Source: Eledone cirrhosa (Eukaryota). Taken from it: a stretch of 64,000 nucleotides of DNA. The stretch is from NCBI GenBank assembly GCA_964016885.1, contig OZ024752.1, forward strand, positions 47,120,001 to 47,184,000, given 5' to 3'. A model generated the notes under the pieces. It saw only the letters and a program-made list of their open reading frames with translations. It was not told where the DNA came from and did not search any database. This document shows, piece by piece, positions 62,001 to 64,000 of the stretch; the first letter of the stretch is position 1; each line of letters starts with the position of its first letter. The translations under genes were made by a program, and so were the position numbers.

Positions 62001-63821
62001 AGTGAGAAGGTGAATCTGGTGTAGCATGGCATGTCACCAGTCAATTCAATCCTGCATCATCTTTATGAGGTTTGATTACATGAGGCCAGCTTCTACCACA
62101 TCATCCCAAGCTTTCCAAGATCTTCCTTTTTCTATCTTCGAGTGCCCTGCACTTCTTTATGCAGCTGTCAACCTCCATATGCATGATGTCCTTTCCTGCA
62201 CACTGCACCTGACTCCTCTTATACCCAGTTTCTCTCTCAGTTAATTGATATTTCGTATTCATGTATACTTCTATTACACATCTATCAGAGAATGCATGCC
62301 CCATTTCTTTCCAATCTTCATAGGATCTCTGCACACAAAGCCCAAGTCACAATTCCATGCAGCATTGCCTTTCACACACAAGCATCATAGAATCTGCCTT
62401 TCACATTGAGGGGAAAAAAACAAAACAAATCATTCTCACTCTAGCTACTACTGTATTTTCAGAACACCTACCTCCACTACTAATTTGGTCACCCAGATAA
62501 TAAAACCTGCCATCTATACCTAGAGAGCCCTTTGAGCATTTGATAGAACTTGTTTCATGTGAGTTCATGTTGCTTATTGCTCCTTGTACATCTGAAACAT
62601 ACAAAGTCTATGTTCTTTGCTAGCCTTGGTACATAGACTTGAATTTCTACCTATTTCCTCCTCATCATCACCGTTTTACATCCATTTTCCACACTAGCAT
62701 GGGTTAGACAGGTTCATATATCCATTAATCCTAGTTATATGGTATACCAATCCTGGACTTCGAAAATCAATACGTTCAACTCTATTGCCATCATGAATCA
62801 ATAACAGAGTAAAGAATTCATAATTATGCTTTTTATATCTAAAGGATTAAATACATAATATAGAAATTCAAATGTATTGCTGTAAAATTATTTCTATGTG
62901 TTTAAACTTTCACATTCTATAAGGTTTCAAACAAAAATAATAACCAAATGAGGCAAGCATGCTCCGTTGGATGTGCAGTGTAAATGTGCGTGAACGACCC
63001 AGCATAAATGTGTTCAGAGAGAAACTGTGTCTGAGAGGGATAGAATGTAGTGTACAGGAGAGGAGACTGAGGTGGTATGGACATGTGATGCGCATGGAGG
63101 ATGACCGATGGGTGAAGAAGTGCCAGGAAATGCCAGTTGAAGGAAGACGTGGTAGAGGTAGACCATGAAAAACATGGGCGGAGGTGGTGAGAACAGACCT
63201 CAGATCATTGAAGCTCACGGTGGAGATGACGAGGGACCGTGACGAGTGGAGAGATGCTGTGCTGAATAAGACCCGTCCCACCCTTGCAAGCAGGGAAAAG
63301 CGGACGTAAAATGATGATGATGATGATGATGAAATAAAAACTCTAAAATGAATTGAAAAAAATTGTAATTTTACCGTTCCTTGGAAGACATCAGAAGTCT
63401 CCAATCCATTGATGATATCCAACAATAAACGACAAGCTGCTATATGTATATCCTTTTTTTCCCAACCACCCTCCATTATGTAGGTGCCAATCTGAAAAAT
63501 ATAGGTAAAATCATTATAGAAACAGTGATAATCCCTGAAGATGTCACAGAAAGGTGTGATGAAAGAACATTGAGAAATTATATATATTTATATTTTTAAC
63601 TGTTAGTCAATCAATGATAAAGATTGATTGCCAAATAAACTATTTATGGAAATATAAAAAAAATATACTGAAGTGAAAACCAAACGGTGAATGTGTTTTA
63701 CTATTTTTGGCAATATTCATTAATATATAAAAATATATATTACTTACTTTACTCATAAAAGCCTCATTAATAAAAAGAGCTTTCATTAAGTGACCTAATG
63801 TACAATTAGGATTGGCAATAC
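28207..63821 (-). CDS. DCAF1: DDB1- and CUL4-associated factor 1 (VprBP), 5'-partial multi-exon gene (35 coding exons in window, ~1427 codons)
   Basis: All exons are bounded by GT/AG with consistent phases. The joined translation matches remembered human DCAF1 throughout: [43 protein letters not shown], LisH region, [22 protein letters not shown]40 [20 protein letters not shown], acidic C-tail. Stop TGA at 28209-28207. Confidence 0.96.
28988..29105 (-). CDS. DCAF1: DCAF1 exon, acidic tail ([11 protein letters not shown]...GSSDIE)
   Basis: ttcag|...|gttcgt; 118 nt. Confidence 0.85.
30158..30244 (-). CDS. DCAF1: DCAF1 exon ([29 protein letters not shown])
   Basis: tatag|...|gtaagt; CRLYE motif. 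Confidence 0.92.
30324..30615. repeat. 41-bp tandem repeat x~7
   Basis: atcatcatttaacatctatttttattgcaattgcttagtgt. Confidence 0.92.
31294..31642 (-). mobile_element. tRNA-derived CORE-type SINE
   Basis: Near-identical to other copies. Confidence 0.88.
31727..31803 (-). CDS. DCAF1: DCAF1 exon ([25 protein letters not shown])
   Basis: tgcag|...|gtaagg; 77 nt. Confidence 0.91.
31853..32066. mobile_element. piggyBac-like MITE
   Basis: Intact TIRs and TTAA TSD. Confidence 0.87.
32350..32760 (-). mobile_element. CR1 LINE 3' end fragments (two 3'UTR tails)
   Basis: Reverse complement of the 11420-11655-type sequence. Further tails at 12045-12165, 15918-15962, 16432-16590 and 38872-38930. Confidence 0.85.
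33271..33650 (-). mobile_element. tRNA-derived CORE-type SINE with variant tail
   Basis: Head and CORE shared with other copies. Confidence 0.85.
33710..33808 (-). CDS. DCAF1: DCAF1 exon ([10 protein letters not shown]...[14 protein letters not shown])
   Basis: ttcag|...|gtaagt; 99 nt. Confidence 0.91.
33960..34053 (-). CDS. DCAF1: DCAF1 exon ([31 protein letters not shown])
   Basis: ttcag|...|gtaagt; 94 nt. Confidence 0.94.
34054..35012 (-). other. U12-type (minor spliceosome) GT-AG intron of DCAF1
   Basis: Donor GTATCCTTT; branch site TTCCTTGAC at 34076-34068, ~15 nt before CAG, with no long polypyrimidine tract. Confidence 0.9.
35013..35246 (-). CDS. DCAF1: DCAF1 exon (IYDINTG...[20 protein letters not shown]...IINSEV), WD40
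   Basis: ctcag|...|gtatccttt (U12-type donor); 234 nt. Confidence 0.95.
36187..36271 (-). CDS. DCAF1: DCAF1 exon ([28 protein letters not shown])
   Basis: tgcag|...|gtaagt; 85 nt. Confidence 0.92.
36942..37024 (-). CDS. DCAF1: DCAF1 exon ([27 protein letters not shown])
   Basis: aatag|...|gtaagt; 83 nt. Confidence 0.92.
37804..37860 (-). CDS. DCAF1: DCAF1 exon ([19 protein letters not shown])
   Basis: tacag|...|gtaagt; 57 nt. Confidence 0.91.
38314..38385 (-). CDS. DCAF1: DCAF1 exon ([24 protein letters not shown]), WD40
   Basis: tccag|...|gtaagt; 72 nt. Confidence 0.92.
38991..39054 (-). CDS. DCAF1: DCAF1 exon ([21 protein letters not shown])
   Basis: ttcag|...|gtaagt; 64 nt. Confidence 0.92.
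39240..39415. mobile_element. pogo/Tigger-like MITE
   Basis: tacaggtaaaattccgttataa...ttataacggaatttcactgta, with TA flanks. Confidence 0.65.
39653..39714 (-). CDS. DCAF1: DCAF1 exon ([20 protein letters not shown])
   Basis: tacag|...|gtatgg; 62 nt. Confidence 0.91.
39860..40330 (+). mobile_element. decayed RTE reverse transcriptase fragment
   Basis: [46 protein letters not shown]. Confidence 0.75.
40359..40434 (-). CDS. DCAF1: DCAF1 exon ([25 protein letters not shown])
   Basis: ttcag|...|gtatgt; 76 nt. Confidence 0.91.
40927..41710. repeat. 48-bp tandem repeat x~16, related to a SINE internal unit
   Basis: gtactaggtgtgttttattgtggcaccagtactacaactttacagagt; short related arrays at 42720-42880 and 52630-52860. 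Confidence 0.93.
41761..41957 (-). CDS. DCAF1: DCAF1 exon (ANQAVS...[30 protein letters not shown])
   Basis: tttag|...|gtaagt; 197 nt. Confidence 0.93.
42197..42436. repeat. 48-bp tandem repeat x5
   Basis: ttaatcagagctattgacctctcagacaggccagcagccagcatctca. Confidence 0.93.
42958..43134 (-). CDS. DCAF1: DCAF1 exon (SRQLSPLP...SAPTIK), low-complexity linker
   Basis: tacag|...|gtaaaa; 177 nt, phase 0-0. Confidence 0.85.
43218..43812. repeat. 35-bp tandem repeat x~17
   Basis: actaacccagtagatgtttacctgtaattacacat. Confidence 0.94.
44240..44358 (-). CDS. DCAF1: DCAF1 exon ([15 protein letters not shown]...MATPKA)
   Basis: ttcag|...|gtaaga; 119 nt. Confidence 0.9.
45605..45686 (-). CDS. DCAF1: DCAF1 exon ([27 protein letters not shown]), LisH start
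   Basis: tttag|...|gttagt; 82 nt. Confidence 0.92.
46508..46868 (+). mobile_element. tRNA-derived CORE-type SINE
   Basis: Full-length copy. Confidence 0.88.
46963..47102 (-). CDS. DCAF1: DCAF1 exon ([11 protein letters not shown]...SLQDIRK)
   Basis: tacag|...|gtaatt; 140 nt. Confidence 0.94.
47603..47684 (-). CDS. DCAF1: DCAF1 exon ([27 protein letters not shown])
   Basis: cttag|...|gtgagt; 82 nt. Confidence 0.93.
47758..47947. mobile_element. piggyBac-like MITE (opposite orientation)
   Basis: Intact TIRs and TTAA TSD. Confidence 0.87.
48320..48391 (-). CDS. DCAF1: DCAF1 exon ([24 protein letters not shown])
   Basis: tgtag|...|gtaaga; 72 nt. Confidence 0.93.
49061..49180 (-). CDS. DCAF1: DCAF1 exon (LGGGVGRF...[13 protein letters not shown])
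   Basis: tacag|...|gtgagt; 120 nt. Confidence 0.92.
49390..49690. repeat. 49-bp tandem repeat x~6, SINE-internal unit
   Basis: cagcacacactgtaaatgtggttgtgtaggtgtcatgacaaaaagcacc. Confidence 0.9.
50015..50117 (-). CDS. DCAF1: DCAF1 exon (IMIGLAEG...[18 protein letters not shown])
   Basis: ttcag|...|gtaggt; 103 nt. Confidence 0.92.
50436..50555 (-). CDS. DCAF1: DCAF1 exon ([15 protein letters not shown]...TASAI)
   Basis: tgtag|...|gttagt; 120 nt. Confidence 0.88.
51002..51790. repeat. 44-45-bp tandem repeat x~17
   Basis: ttttctacagcttgatgtccttacaaccaccaaccaccttacac. Confidence 0.93.
51889..52058 (-). CDS. DCAF1: DCAF1 exon (ALKLTFE...AQNWNNYPS)
   Basis: ttcag|...|gtaagt; 170 nt. Confidence 0.92.
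52259..52597 (-). mobile_element. tRNA-derived CORE-type SINE
   Basis: Full-length copy; an inverted 5'-truncated partner lies at 53066-53312 (+). Confidence 0.88.
53496..53730. mobile_element. piggyBac-like MITE
   Basis: TIRs and TTAA TSD. Confidence 0.85.
53973..54182 (-). CDS. DCAF1: DCAF1 exon (VSTLPIL...KKYMEAHL...MPANK)
   Basis: gaaag|...|gtatgt; 210 nt. Confidence 0.9.
54572..54760 (+). mobile_element. tRNA-derived SINE with Meta-like central domain (representative copy)
   Basis: ggtggattggcagtatcggtagag..gttcaaatc head; gaggttaactttgcctttcatccttacggggtcgataaaataaagtaccag; (att)n tail. Other copies at ~4775-4990, 12755-12950, 20050-20700 (several), 24022-24200, 28545-28660, 37395-37610, 43820-44190, 44702-44897, 45365-45550. 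Confidence 0.8.
55015..55153 (-). CDS. DCAF1: DCAF1 exon ([10 protein letters not shown]...DGLRRLINV)
   Basis: ttcag|...|gtgagt; 139 nt. Confidence 0.93.
55981..56021 (-). CDS. DCAF1: DCAF1 small exon ([13 protein letters not shown])
   Basis: ttcag|...|gtaagt; 41 nt. Confidence 0.9.
56060..56273. mobile_element. piggyBac-like MITE
   Basis: TIRs and TTAA TSD. Further copies or fragments at 8218-8520, 16227-16430, 28438-28778, 29160-29367, 34197-34394, 35345-35540, 35723-36103, 44489-44703, 59834-60046. Confidence 0.85.
56907..57065 (-). CDS. DCAF1: DCAF1 exon ([12 protein letters not shown]...YFEETMER)
   Basis: ttcag|...|gtacta; 159 nt. Confidence 0.93.
57714..57815 (-). CDS. DCAF1: DCAF1 exon (LLGLAIQY...LAFEALK)
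   Basis: tgcag|...|gtaagt; 102 nt. Confidence 0.93.
58382..58446 (+). ncRNA. minimal type-I hammerhead ribozyme motif
   Basis: tattttgt CTGATGA aggcacacca...tggtatcctt GAAA tatgta TA| atgaaata. Confidence 0.72.
58595..58859 (+). ncRNA. hammerhead ribozyme motif closed by a perfect 73-bp stem I
   Basis: Stem I 58595-58667/58787-58859; CTGAAGA at 58668; long stem II; GAAA at 58775; palindromic stem III ACGATCGT; GUU triplet. Confidence 0.72.
59275..59385 (-). ncRNA. hammerhead-like motif, partly decayed
   Basis: gcttg CTGATGA...long imperfect stem II...GAAA catatg TT| aaagc; palindromic ACATATGT. Confidence 0.55.
59650..59780 (-). CDS. DCAF1: DCAF1 exon ([10 protein letters not shown]...PMGEYQE)
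   Basis: ttcag|...|gtaaat; 131 nt. Confidence 0.93.
60280..60721 (-). CDS. DCAF1: DCAF1 exon ([11 protein letters not shown]...FCPQKE), Ser/Thr-rich divergent region
   Basis: ttcag|...|gtaaat; 442 nt open, phase fits the next exon. Confidence 0.88.
61621..61758 (-). CDS. DCAF1: DCAF1 exon ([11 protein letters not shown]...NFKDENAVL)
   Basis: tctag|...|gtattt; 138 nt. Confidence 0.92.
62030..62620 (-). mobile_element. decayed RTE LINE fragment
   Basis: [22 protein letters not shown]; KKCRALEDR. Confidence 0.7.
62945..63331 (+). mobile_element. RTE LINE 3' fragment
   Basis: [33 protein letters not shown]; (atg)n tail. A shorter copy lies at 57195-57335. Confidence 0.9.
63375..63491 (-). CDS. 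DCAF1: DCAF1 exon (IGTYIMEGG...[22 protein letters not shown])
   Basis: ttcag|...|gtaaaa; 117 nt, phase 0-0. Confidence 0.93.
63748..63821 (-). CDS. DCAF1: DCAF1 exon ([24 protein letters not shown])
   Basis: ctcag|...|gtaagt; similar to human ADPECMLGHLLRILFKNDDFMN. Confidence 0.9.
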
Positions 63822-63918
63822 CTGAGGAGAAAAAATATTAAATATTTTTATAAAACATTTACAGTTTTAAGAATTAAATTTAAAACTCTTTCAAAAATTC
63901 TGAGTTTTTTTAATTGCC

Positions 63919-63949
<31 letters not shown>

Positions 63950-64000
63950 TATAATATATTCCTTTAACCCTTTTATTACCAACCAGGCCAAAACTGGCCC

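Noticed and set aside
63530-63580. CTGAAGA-stem-GAAA hammerhead-like motif
   Set aside because: Stem II is present but there is no credible stem III, NUH or stem I; at most a decayed relic.

Overview
AT-rich, repeat-dense eukaryotic DNA. The SINE/MITE complement suggests an octopus or other coleoid cephalopod (inference). Three intron-containing genes lie in tandem on the minus strand: (1) DCAF1/VprBP, with 35 coding exons traced in frame from 63821 to the stop at 28207 (5' end outside the window), including a U12-type minor-spliceosome intron; (2) a complete 8-exon SUMF1 (formylglycine-generating enzyme, 364 aa, 25616-12556); (3) the first coding exon of an ARGLU1-like RS protein (6083-5899). 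Introns and intergenic DNA are filled with CORE-type and Meta-type tRNA-derived SINEs, CR1 and RTE LINE fragments, TTAA-targeting piggyBac-like MITEs, Tc1/pogo MITEs and TE-seeded minisatellites. Two signals are not explained by the ORF track. First, a set of short non-coding elements, mostly within (TA)n microsatellites, carry minimal type-I hammerhead ribozyme motifs with palindromic stem III (Penelope pLTR/retrozyme-like), several as large fold-back palindromes or with the catalytic core removed. Second, TTAA-type MITEs cluster about 25-160 nt upstream of 3' splice sites. All calls were made by eye; no searches were run.
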